The notes beneath the pieces were generated by a model that was not told the DNA's origin, searched no databases, and saw only the letters and a program-made list of their open reading frames with translations. Positions 47,924 to 57,120 of a DNA stretch of 64,000 bases are shown in pieces. Positions within the stretch are counted from its first letter, which is position 1. Each line of letters starts with the position of its first letter. The stretch is from Limisphaerales bacterium (GTDB lineage Bacteria; Verrucomicrobiota; Verrucomicrobiia; Limisphaerales; UBA1412), in contig JBMNFQ010000001.1 in assembly GCA_050949405.1 (NCBI GenBank), positions 2,410,727 through 2,474,726 of the forward strand, written 5' to 3'. The translations under genes were made by a program, and so were the position numbers.

Positions 47924-48396
47924 AGTAGTTTCCTTATGAGTTCTTTTTTAACATGAGACGGCACAAACGAAGCCACCTCACCTCCCAGGCGGGCGACCTC
48001 TTTGACCAGCCGCGAGCTAATAAAAGTATGGGCTTCAGAGGGAACCAAAAAAAATGTTTCAATCTCTCCTCCCAAACGGCGATTCATCAGTGCCATTTGA
48101 AATTCATATTCAAAATCGCTAACAGCTCGAAGACCGCGAACGATAACCCCCGCATTCCTTTTGTGGACGTAGTCAATCAAGAGACCATCTAAAATATCGG
48201 TCTCCACATTGAAGTAGCCCTGAAGGGCCTCCTCAACCATGAACCTCCGCTCTTCAAAGCTAAAGCAAGGGGTTTTAGCATCATTATTGGCAATGGCGAC
48301 GATTACTCTGTCGAAAATCCGGGCCGCGCGCCCAATAACATCAATATGTCCGTTATGAATCGGATCGAAACTACCCGGATAGACTGCTATGGTCAT
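47920..48396 (-). CDS. coaD: Phosphopantetheine adenylyltransferase
   Basis: YPGSFDPIHNGH, RGLRAVSDFEYE, ISSRLVKEV. Confidence 0.96.
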   Translation of the reverse strand: MTIAVYPGSFDPIHNGHIDVIGRAARIFDRVIVAIANNDAKTPCFSFEERRFMVEEALQGYFNVETDILDGLLIDYVHKRNAGVIVRGLRAVSDFEYEFQMALMNRRLGGEIETFFLVPSEAHTFISSRLVKEVARLGGEVASFVPSHVKKELIRKLL

Positions 48397-48545
48397 GATT
48401 CACACCTTTCAGCCGGGGAGTGCCCCCGGTTTCAAGACAAACCTAGCTTTTTCAGGCGGGATTGACAAATCATTTCATAGTTTCTTCTCACCTGGCTCTG
48501 CCTTTTATTGACTCAAGATAAACAATCTGTTAAATTGCTTCTCTT

Positions 48546-50648
48546 ATGCGGAATGTATTTAATATTTTGATTGCCCTCTTCTGCGGATGCGCTCTAAGCG
48601 TGCAGGCAGCATCCGTTTACGGAGAGGATAAGACGGTTCACGAGTTCTCACTCTCTTCCCTCATAGGAGCAGGGCGTAAGGAGTGCATTACTTTGAAAAC
48701 CGATGCACCTCAGTTTTCTGAGCCTGTTCTTAAGCTTCAAGCTACCCGCTCTGAAGAAATCCTTCAGCTGCGTTCTGAAGATTGGGATAAAGCAGAATGC
48801 CTGGCCTTTGACATCTATTATGACGGAGACCACTCAGGCATCTTCGCCTTGCGTGCCTACGCTAAAGGACAATCCAAAGAGTCCATCCATGCTGAAATCG
48901 GCATCATGCCTCAGCTTAAAACTCGCGTGACCTTCCCTTTGAGCCATTTAAACGCACAACAGGTATTCATGAAGCGAAACCCCGCCCGCTTAAAAGGAGT
49001 GGTTCAGGGAAGACGCCTTCCATTGGAGGAACTGGATCGAATGGCCTTGACTATCCAGCACACAGGTCGGGACACCACTGAAACTTTTTATATCGCTAAC
49101 GTAGCACTCCTGAGCTCAGAGCCCACTTTTGAGCTGCCAGATGTCAAGTTGGTCGATGCGATGGGACAAAGCACTATAAAAGACTGGCCGGGCAAAACTC
49201 CCAGCATTGAGGCCCTAAAGAAGCAGCTTCAGGCTGAACTCGAAAGTGCTAAAAACTATAAACCCAGCAGCCAGCTAAGCCAATACGGCGGCACGCTCAA
49301 AAAACGCTTTGATGCCTCAGGGTACTTCCGTGTGGAGCACGATGGAACCCGTTGGTGGATGATTGACCCGGAGGGGTGTGGCTTTTTTAGCATGGGCATG
49401 GATTGTGTCGGTGCAGGTGAATCATCCACTATTTTGCCCGGTATGGAAAAACTCTTTGAGTGGCTCCCCGAGTCCAACGGAGATTACAGGGTAGCCCAGG
49501 GCCGAGACTGGCAAGGCATAACGACAGCAAACTTCCCTGTTGCCAACCTGATTCGCGCCTTCGGCCCAGAGAATTGGAAAGACAGCTGGCGCACTATTAC
49601 CAAAGCGCGTCTGAGCCAATGGGGATTTAATACCATCGGCAACTGGTCTGATATTAGAGCATTTCGTGGTCAGAAAATCCCATACGTCCTCCCTCTGGGC
49701 AGCTTCCCCAGAACAGAAACAATGCTCTTTCGGGATTTCCCTGATGTTTTCAGTTCCGAGTATGAAAAAAACTCTGCTCAATATGCCAGAGAGATGGAAG
49801 CCTATAAAGAAGACCCCTGGCTGATTGGCTACTTTATGCGTAATGAGCCCGAATGGGGATTTGGCAGCTTCAACCTTGCTTCGGAAATGCTCGAGGCCAA
49901 TCCAGGCACTGCTACAAGAAAAGCCCTGGCTGCAAAAATGGAGGAAAAGTACAAAGAGATTGATGCCCTCAACAAAGCTTGGAACAGTGAGCTTAAATCC
50001 TTCGATGAGCTGATCAGCGAAAACTTCCGCAGAATGGAAGACAAATCGCCAGAAGCCAAAAAAGACCTCTGGAGTTTCTCTGAAGAAATGGTCTCTGCAT
50101 ACGTCAAAATCCCCGCCAGGGAACTTCGCAAGGTGGACCCGCATCACCTGAATCTGGGTATGCGCTATGCCTGGATTGCTTCGGATTTGATGTATAAAGC
50201 CGGTGAAGTTTTTGACGTCTTCACGATCAACTCATATGAGTTTGTGCCTCACCTGGACTCGGTTGATGAAGTGGCCCGCCGCTGCAATAAACCGACTATG
50301 ATTGGCGAATTTCACTTTGGCGCATTGGACCGTGGATTGCCTTCCACCGGCCTGCGTGCCGTTGAAACTCAGCGCGACCGGGGACTCGCTTATCGACGCT
50401 ATGTAGAGCGTGGAGCAGCTAACCCCAACTTTCTGGGCTCTCATTACTTTATCTTGAATGACCAGGCTTACTTGGGGCGTTTTGATGGCGAGAACTACCA
50501 AATCGGTTTTGTGGATACCGCCCACACTCCTTATCATGAGATGATCGAAGAGGTTATTAAGGCTCACGAAAACGTTTATGAGATCATGATGGGCAATAAA
50601 GAGCCTTACGATACACCGGTCAAGGCATTGCGCCCTATCAGCTTCTAA
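48546..50648 (+). CDS. Secreted glycoside hydrolase, GH50 (beta-agarase-like)
   Basis: Signal peptide; GYFRVE...WWMIDPEG, WGFNTIGNW, GYFMRNEP, IGEFHFGALDRG, GENYQIGFVD. Confidence 0.78.
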   Translation: MRNVFNILIALFCGCALSVQAASVYGEDKTVHEFSLSSLIGAGRKECITLKTDAPQFSEPVLKLQATRSEEILQLRSEDWDKAECLAFDIYYDGDHSGIFALRAYAKGQSKESIHAEIGIMPQLKTRVTFPLSHLNAQQVFMKRNPARLKGVVQGRRLPLEELDRMALTIQHTGRDTTETFYIANVALLSSEPTFELPDVKLVDAMGQSTIKDWPGKTPSIEALKKQLQAELESAKNYKPSSQLSQYGGTLKKRFDASGYFRVEHDGTRWWMIDPEGCGFFSMGMDCVGAGESSTILPGMEKLFEWLPESNGDYRVAQGRDWQGITTANFPVANLIRAFGPENWKDSWRTITKARLSQWGFNTIGNWSDIRAFRGQKIPYVLPLGSFPRTETMLFRDFPDVFSSEYEKNSAQYAREMEAYKEDPWLIGYFMRNEPEWGFGSFNLASEMLEANPGTATRKALAAKMEEKYKEIDALNKAWNSELKSFDELISENFRRMEDKSPEAKKDLWSFSEEMVSAYVKIPARELRKVDPHHLNLGMRYAWIASDLMYKAGEVFDVFTINSYEFVPHLDSVDEVARRCNKPTMIGEFHFGALDRGLPSTGLRAVETQRDRGLAYRRYVERGAANPNFLGSHYFILNDQAYLGRFDGENYQIGFVDTAHTPYHEMIEEVIKAHENVYEIMMGNKEPYDTPVKALRPISF

Positions 50649-50676
50649 GCGGCTTCATCAACTGATTGAAATAAAA

Positions 50677-50724
50677 AATCAAACCTGAAACAGCTTTATG
50701 GCAGTTTCGGGTTTGATTCTTTTT
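50677..50724. terminator. Bidirectional intrinsic terminator between the GH50 gene and uvrA
   Basis: AATCAAACCTGAAAC...GTTTCGGGTTTGATT flanked by A and T runs. Confidence 0.75.
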
Positions 50725-50748
50725 ATGCGCAACAGCAAGCCCAGTTTG

Positions 50749-53436
50749 CTACAGAGATGACTTTTGGCTTAGATACTCTTTAAGGTATTTCCCTGTCCAG
50801 GTATCAGCTTGGGCAACTTCCTCCGGAGTACCCTCAGCAACGATGCGCCCGCCCCCTTCTCCTCCTTCGGGTCCCATATCGATCACCCAGTCAGCCTCTG
50901 CAATTAAATCATAATTATGCTCTATGACCAAAACAGTATTGCCAACATCGACCAGTTGCTGGATTACAGAAACCAGCTTTTCCACATCGCTGGCATGAAG
51001 CCCAATGGTGGGCTCCTCCAAAATAAAAAAGCTGCCCTTTGCCTCAGCATGCTTTAGTCCCTGTGTCTTGGGCTCAAGCCCTCCCAAAAGATGAGTTACA
51101 AGTTTCATCCGCTGAGCCTCGCCACCGCTTAAGGTGGGGCTGCTCTGCCCGAGCTTAATATAATCCAACCCTGTATCAGAAAGGGCCTTGAGAGACTTCA
51201 AAACACGAGAGTGATTTTTAAAAAAGGCTATCGCCTCCTCCACAGACATATCCAGAACCTCGGCAATGTTCTTCCCCTGGTAGCGAACATCCAGTGTCTC
51301 AGGGTTAAAACGGCTTCCTCCGCAATCATTGCAGGGTATGTAAGCTGGCGGCATAAAGTTCATCGAAATTTTAACCAATCCTGCTCCCGAACATCCTGTG
51401 CAGCGGCCCAGTTTGCTATTAAAAGAAAAACGGCCAGCCTGATAACCTTTGGTGCGGGCATCCGGTGTCTGAGCAAAAATTTTACGAATTAAATCAAAAA
51501 AGCCAATATAGGTAGCTGGGACACTGCGGGGAGTCCTGCCTATCGGAGACTGATCAACCTCATAAATAGCGCGAATACTTTGAGCTCCCGTGATTAAGTT
51601 CTTCACCTTTTTGCGAGAAGTTGACTTTGTTTTGCGCTCTTCCAGATGCTGTTTCAAGGCCGAGTAAAGGCACCCACGAGCCAAAGAACTCTTCCCAGAA
51701 CCGCTCACTCCGGTAATGACAATAAACCGATTTAAAGGAAATTTTACAGTCAGCCCTTTCAGATTGTGGAGAGTCGCGCTTTTTAAAGTCAACCAGGAGC
51801 TCGGGGTATGTTGAGATTTGGGTGCTTTGGCAGCGCGTTGCTGCTTATTCAAGTTTACAGATCTTCTTTCTCCACGGGCAGGAAATTTGCAATGACTGTT
51901 TGATAGGAACTGAGCAGTCTGAGATTTTTTACACTGCAACAGCTTTTGAAGAGTCCCTTGAAAAACGATTTCCCCACCACGAACTCCAGCCCCGGGCCCC
52001 ATATCTACCAGATAATCTGCTTCACGCATGGTATCTTCATCGTGTTCCACAACGAGCAGAGTGTTGCCTTGCGAGCGAAGCTTTTTCAGGCTGGAGATAA
52101 GAAGCGCATTGTCACGAGCGTGCAGACCAATCGTCGGCTCATCCAACACATAAAGCACACCGCTCAAAGTAGAACCCAACTGTGCAGCCAGTCGGATGCG
52201 TTGAGCTTCCCCTCCGCTTAAGGTAGGTATTCCACGGTCCAGGCACAGGTAATCCAGGCCCACAGTATTTAAAAATGAAAGCCGGCTTTTAACTTCGGGG
52301 AAAATATCGCGGACTATATCCAAAACAAACTCATCTTTAACCTCTATTTTGGAAAACAGTTTTAGCGCCTGATCCGCGTTCATTGCGACCAGTTCCGCCA
52401 GCGAAGGCCCCTTTGGCAGGCCACTAAACCACTGGACAGGCAGTCTTACCATACGAGACATCGGCTTCAGTCGAGAGCCATGGCACTCATGACAAACTTC
52501 CCGCTCTTCTTCCATCCAGCTAAACCACGATTCTTCTATATCCTCGGCTCTGACTCCACGCTTCACGTCTGGCAGGTAAAACGTCTCTCCAAATCCACGG
52601 CATGAGGGGCACCAGCCACGCGGACTATTAAAGCTGAAATCATAAGGGTCAAGCTGAGGATAGGAGCGTGCGCACTTTGGGCATGAACGATGGGCCGAAT
52701 ATATTTTTTCCTCACCATCTGGGGTAATGATAGAAAAAACACCTTTTCCGACACTCAAAGCTTCTTCAAGTTTTTTTACAATCTCATCTGCTGAGGGCAA
52801 TTGAGAAAAAACGACCACATCAATATCATGAGGATTATAACGGCTCAGCTTGGGAAGAGGTTCAAGGTGATAATATTCTCTATCCACCCTCACCTGCTGG
52901 AATCCTTGCTTACCGATCTTTCGCAACAGCTCAATATGCGTGCCCTTTCGTCCCCGCAAAATAGGCGCCAGGCAGATGATCTTTCCTTTTTTGGTTTTGG
53001 CTAAATTTTTCTGGGCTTCTTCAATTACATTTTCCCGGGTTCCTCCTGTTATCGGAATATCACAATCCTCACAATACTGGACTCCCAGCCGAGCATAGAG
53101 AAGCCGGAAAAAGTGGTAGACCTCTGTCAGGGTGCCCACTGTGCTCTTGCCTCCGCCACGCGTTGAACGCTGCTCAATGCTGACCGCAGGAGGGATTCCT
53201 TCAATGTAGTCCAAATCCGCTCGTGGCAACTGCTGGACAAACTGCCGCGCATAGGCATTCATGGAATCCAGGAAGCGACGCTGACCCTCAGAAAAAAGCA
53301 CATTAAATGCAAGCGTGCTTTTCCCCGAACCACTGACACCGGTCACGACAATAAACTTGCCGTGAGGGAGCTCCAGCGACAGGTTTTTTAAATTATGCTC
53401 ACGGACTCCTTCGAGCCTGATGACCTTTTTCGCCAT
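50749..53436 (-). CDS. uvrA: Excinuclease ABC subunit A, variant with a shortened insertion domain
   Basis: HNLKNL, GVSGSGKS twice, LSGGEAQR twice, DEPTIGLH, zinc-binding CxxC pairs; ATG 53436 overlaps the upstream TAA. Confidence 0.9.
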   Translation of the reverse strand: MAKKVIRLEGVREHNLKNLSLELPHGKFIVVTGVSGSGKSTLAFNVLFSEGQRRFLDSMNAYARQFVQQLPRADLDYIEGIPPAVSIEQRSTRGGGKSTVGTLTEVYHFFRLLYARLGVQYCEDCDIPITGGTRENVIEEAQKNLAKTKKGKIICLAPILRGRKGTHIELLRKIGKQGFQQVRVDREYYHLEPLPKLSRYNPHDIDVVVFSQLPSADEIVKKLEEALSVGKGVFSIITPDGEEKIYSAHRSCPKCARSYPQLDPYDFSFNSPRGWCPSCRGFGETFYLPDVKRGVRAEDIEESWFSWMEEEREVCHECHGSRLKPMSRMVRLPVQWFSGLPKGPSLAELVAMNADQALKLFSKIEVKDEFVLDIVRDIFPEVKSRLSFLNTVGLDYLCLDRGIPTLSGGEAQRIRLAAQLGSTLSGVLYVLDEPTIGLHARDNALLISSLKKLRSQGNTLLVVEHDEDTMREADYLVDMGPGAGVRGGEIVFQGTLQKLLQCKKSQTAQFLSNSHCKFPARGERRSVNLNKQQRAAKAPKSQHTPSSWLTLKSATLHNLKGLTVKFPLNRFIVITGVSGSGKSSLARGCLYSALKQHLEERKTKSTSRKKVKNLITGAQSIRAIYEVDQSPIGRTPRSVPATYIGFFDLIRKIFAQTPDARTKGYQAGRFSFNSKLGRCTGCSGAGLVKISMNFMPPAYIPCNDCGGSRFNPETLDVRYQGKNIAEVLDMSVEEAIAFFKNHSRVLKSLKALSDTGLDYIKLGQSSPTLSGGEAQRMKLVTHLLGGLEPKTQGLKHAEAKGSFFILEEPTIGLHASDVEKLVSVIQQLVDVGNTVLVIEHNYDLIAEADWVIDMGPEGGEGGGRIVAEGTPEEVAQADTWTGKYLKEYLSQKSSL

Positions 53437-56400
53437 TAACGTTTTTCCTGAATTAAAACCAAAGCCCCCTCGCTCCGAGCCAACGTATGTACAAAAATTG
53501 CTGAGGGTTTGCTCTCCCTTTGCAAACCTGCTATTTCTGGAATTCCTATAAGCGATCGCTCCGGATTCAATCCCAGCCGCGTTATATCTTTGGGCCCCAA
53601 CGTTAAGTTCCAATCAAGATTGCCCCAGTTAACTACAACAAGCAGCGCTTGCAAGCCCCTCTTATAAACGGAAACCAAAATATCTTTGTTCTCTATCTCC
53701 ACAGGAGCCGGTCTTTCCCAATAACCTGTGAAATCGCTCTCACTCAGCCTAAAGGAATCACAAAACCGCCAAAGACTTTCCAGACCCATATCTGCTTTAT
53801 GCATCTGAGGCAGCGATCCATAAAGAAGTGATTTGTAGGGCTGGTCTCCATAAAAACTTGTATTCACTCCAAAAGGCACTCCGCTCAGCTCCACCAGATA
53901 GTAATCTGGCCCGGCACCATAAGAAAATCCATCTGCAAAAACGATTGAATCTACGAAAGGTAAGCTTTCCAGATATTGGGCCATCGGATTAATCATTCCG
54001 TTTTCAGGGCGAAAGTTATTTCCAGTAATAGTATCCAGGGTTACGCCTGGAGAGACTTCATCAAGCAGGACGCGCAAGCGCTGGGTCACCCTTCGGTCTG
54101 TCAAGTCAGTCCGTATCCCATCAACCTGAAGGGTCTCCAGTAGATAGCGAACGGTTTCTAAGTAAAAATTCTGCCAGCGACTTAGCGGGTTGATCGCCAA
54201 AGTTACCACATCATCACCCTCTATGTTAGTCGTGCGCCAGGAAGAACTGTAGCCTTTGCCAAGATGCTCGCAAAGCCAGGGATTCCCAATAAAGGGAATT
54301 GGTTTTCGTGCATAGTTAAACCCATGCTCCTGCTGCACCCCGCTCAACCCTGTGCCATAAGTAAAAATCTCGTTATCCAAAGACCAAAGCGGCCAGAACT
54401 CATTTATTTGATAAGGGATCTCTCGGACTCCAATCACAAACTGGACTTCCTTGTCCGCAGCATGAAGTTTTTCTATAGCTTCCAGGAGCATTTCTTCTGA
54501 AGGGAATGGATAGTTCAAGTATGGGTTTAGTTTTTCATCGTAATCGACCACTATACGGTCTGCCTCTTTCCCCACTTTGGAGTCGCCCATAAATCTTCCT
54601 ATGCCGCCAGCGTATACTTTTTGAGCCGATACTCTTAAATCTGGTTTCATAAAAGGTGTCAGCATCAAGTTTAAGCGAAACACCCGGCCATCACCTCCAC
54701 TTAAATGCATTGGCCCTGTATGAACATCCAAGCTGATAGAGTCTGCCTGAGGGCGCAGTTCAACCCTTCCAGCCTGACCATCTCCGCACCAATCCCGATA
54801 AGGCTCGGGCATAAAGTAAATATCCTGCTTTTCTCCAATATCTAGCAGCTTGCAATAGATACCCTGCCCAACGTCTCCTATCCAGAAGAAGGAGTTTGCA
54901 TTTTTCCCCCACCTCCAGTCCATATAATCTGGCCGCTTACCACCTCTCAGACCCATCCCCATAAAATAGGGAACAGACTGTTCTCTAAAGCGAAAAGAAA
55001 GTCGCGCATCTTCCAAATCAAAATCTCTTCGCGAAGAAAGTTCAAGCCGCAGGGCAATCATCCCGTCGGCTTCCATCTCGGCAAAAGAGCGCAAAACAAT
55101 CCCCCTGGCATAGCTGACACCTTCCCATATCTGAAGGTTACCATTCTCTTGAGCGAACGATACGGGTAGATTGGTCCACCGTAGCCATCCCTCGTCTTTC
55201 AACTTCACTTCGAACTCCATGGGCAAGGCAAAAAAGTCGCCATTCACCTGAGCCGGCAAGCCACTGGGAGCCACTTCCAGGCTGTGATTGTTAACCGTCA
55301 ACACATTGGCCTCTCTCGTAATTTTTGGAAACCTCTCCAGCAAATTCCCATTCAGCCCAGCCTGAGAATCCAACCAGGCCAGCCTGCTCAGCGAAGCGTT
55401 TGCAAGCACCTGTTCAGAATCAGCAGGTATATCCGAAACATTCAATGTTAGCGGGAAAGGAGTATGTTGAAGATTGTCCGCACTGAAAATAAGCTCCCCA
55501 TCATAAGTCCCAGCCAGAATATTTTCAGGGATACGAATTGAAAACCAGAGGGGCAAAACCTCTGATTTTTTCAAATAAACATCCTTTATGAGCGGGTTGC
55601 CCTGAAAATCACTTCCCCCGAAATTAAAGCAATTTGCTGCCAGCTCACGAATCAACCACCCTTGAGCATCCTGCAATCCAACACACCCCACTTGCAGGCG
55701 CAACAAATCTTTCTGAGTGGCAAGCACGCCGACCTGAAAAACCAGAAATTCACCTGGCACCCCAGATAGCAAGCACTGCCTTTGGGGCCCTGTTTGTGTC
55801 CAGAGGAAAGGTATTTTGTCTCCCTTTCTAATTGGGCTTGTTACCGGCTCTTGAAAAAAAATAAGGCTCTGTTTTTTTTCCCTTAAAAGGAAACTCTCTT
55901 TTTCAGCTGCAGTTGCTGGAGTTTCCATTTTACCAAAACTGTTGAGCTCCCCATTGGATTCCAGGCGCAAAGCCGCAGCACGGATCACATTTTTAGGGAT
56001 TTCACCTTTCAAAATCTCAGAAGCCATCGGCTCCGTTTTCGCAAGCCATAGTGCGGATGGCTGCTTTGTAGCAAAGTATTCAGGAAAGGGATTCCATTCT
56101 CTTTTCACCTCCCGATAAGGCATATAGTAGACGTAATACTCTCCGGCCTGCTTTGCTTCAAAAAGAATATCCGCATACTCTGGAGACAGATTAAGCGTAA
56201 CAAGATTCTCTACCGGTGCGTCGTTTTCTGCAAAAGTTATAACAATTCCCTTATATTCAGGGAGCAGATCAAATCGCCTCCAGGCAATACGGGTCCAGAC
56301 AATTTCCGCCGCTTCTTCTGTCTTAATGACGGCACGATGATTGCCAAGCCCTTCCGGATTCCACTCTTTAACTTCTCGGGGGAGGTTGGGTAAAGGCTCT

Positions 56401-56510
56401 GCTCCCTGTGCCCTCTGTAGACTCTCCATCCCTTCTACTTCAAAACTAAACAGCAGAAAGAAAAAAAGCGCTAAGCTGACTTTATTCAATTGCTGTGCCA
56501 TCTTCTTCAT
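53436..56510 (-). CDS. Secreted DUF6067-like putative glycoside hydrolase (alternative starts 56501 and 56528)
   Basis: Signal peptide; LGNHRAVI, IAWRR, GEFLVFQVG, NPYLNYPF, INPLSRWQNFYLE, LVELSGVPFG. Confidence 0.7.
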   Translation of the reverse strand: MKKMAQQLNKVSLALFFFLLFSFEVEGMESLQRAQGAEPLPNLPREVKEWNPEGLGNHRAVIKTEEAAEIVWTRIAWRRFDLLPEYKGIVITFAENDAPVENLVTLNLSPEYADILFEAKQAGEYYVYYMPYREVKREWNPFPEYFATKQPSALWLAKTEPMASEILKGEIPKNVIRAAALRLESNGELNSFGKMETPATAAEKESFLLREKKQSLIFFQEPVTSPIRKGDKIPFLWTQTGPQRQCLLSGVPGEFLVFQVGVLATQKDLLRLQVGCVGLQDAQGWLIRELAANCFNFGGSDFQGNPLIKDVYLKKSEVLPLWFSIRIPENILAGTYDGELIFSADNLQHTPFPLTLNVSDIPADSEQVLANASLSRLAWLDSQAGLNGNLLERFPKITREANVLTVNNHSLEVAPSGLPAQVNGDFFALPMEFEVKLKDEGWLRWTNLPVSFAQENGNLQIWEGVSYARGIVLRSFAEMEADGMIALRLELSSRRDFDLEDARLSFRFREQSVPYFMGMGLRGGKRPDYMDWRWGKNANSFFWIGDVGQGIYCKLLDIGEKQDIYFMPEPYRDWCGDGQAGRVELRPQADSISLDVHTGPMHLSGGDGRVFRLNLMLTPFMKPDLRVSAQKVYAGGIGRFMGDSKVGKEADRIVVDYDEKLNPYLNYPFPSEEMLLEAIEKLHAADKEVQFVIGVREIPYQINEFWPLWSLDNEIFTYGTGLSGVQQEHGFNYARKPIPFIGNPWLCEHLGKGYSSSWRTTNIEGDDVVTLAINPLSRWQNFYLETVRYLLETLQVDGIRTDLTDRRVTQRLRVLLDEVSPGVTLDTITGNNFRPENGMINPMAQYLESLPFVDSIVFADGFSYGAGPDYYLVELSGVPFGVNTSFYGDQPYKSLLYGSLPQMHKADMGLESLWRFCDSFRLSESDFTGYWERPAPVEIENKDILVSVYKRGLQALLVVVNWGNLDWNLTLGPKDITRLGLNPERSLIGIPEIAGLQRESKPSAIFVHTLARSEGALVLIQEKR

Positions 56511-57102
56511 CACTTTTTTTCTCTTCATCCAATAACTTGAAAAATCTCATCACATTGTCCCCATGTCGCAACTTCTTTACCTCCTTCCAGGGCAGCTCCA
56601 CTGTCAAAGTCTCGCGACACGGATGGCCCAGGATAAAAGTCCCATCCTGGCTCAAGAGCTGCTTCAGTGAGGGTGTATCCAGTAGTTTCTGTGCAAAAGA
56701 CTGAGAACGAACGTCCTGGTTTTTCTCACCATAAGGTGGGTCAGCTAAAACCAGATCAAACTGTTCTCCCAAAGCTGCTAACTGCCCCAAAGCCGCATAG
56801 GCATCTTGGACCCTCAATGCAAGGGATTGGCGTTTGAAACCGCAGCTCTCCCAATTGGAGCGGAGAATAGTGGCATGATAGCGGCTTTTTTCCACGCAAG
56901 TTGAGCTCACTGCCCCGCGACTCATGCACTCCAGACTCAATGCACCACTGCCGGCAAAAAGTTCTAAAACTCGTGTACCACAAACAGATGCACCCAGGCT
57001 ATTAAACATTGCCTGCCGCATCATGTCCGGAGTGGGTCTCACCGCAAACCCTTTGGGAACCTTAATGATTCTTCCCCGAACCGCTCCACCAGTAACCCTC
57101 AT
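56482..57102 (-). CDS. rsmD: 16S rRNA (guanine966-N2)-methyltransferase
   Basis: MRVTGG.VRGR, RPT, LELFAGSGALSLE..SRGA, DPPY. Confidence 0.9.
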   Translation of the reverse strand: MRVTGGAVRGRIIKVPKGFAVRPTPDMMRQAMFNSLGASVCGTRVLELFAGSGALSLECMSRGAVSSTCVEKSRYHATILRSNWESCGFKRQSLALRVQDAYAALGQLAALGEQFDLVLADPPYGEKNQDVRSQSFAQKLLDTPSLKQLLSQDGTFILGHPCRETLTVELPWKEVKKLRHGDNVMRFFKLLDEEKKSDEEDGTAIE

Positions 57103-57120
57103 ATTACGCCATGCTCTCCT

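Noticed and set aside
53437-53613. N-terminal extension of uvrA, and similar extensions for int (9253), kbl (13243), C45 (19788), ymdB (35670), NSS transporter (35978) and nuoA (60114)
   Set aside because: Extensions overlap neighbouring genes or regulatory DNA; family homology or signal peptides begin at the downstream ATG
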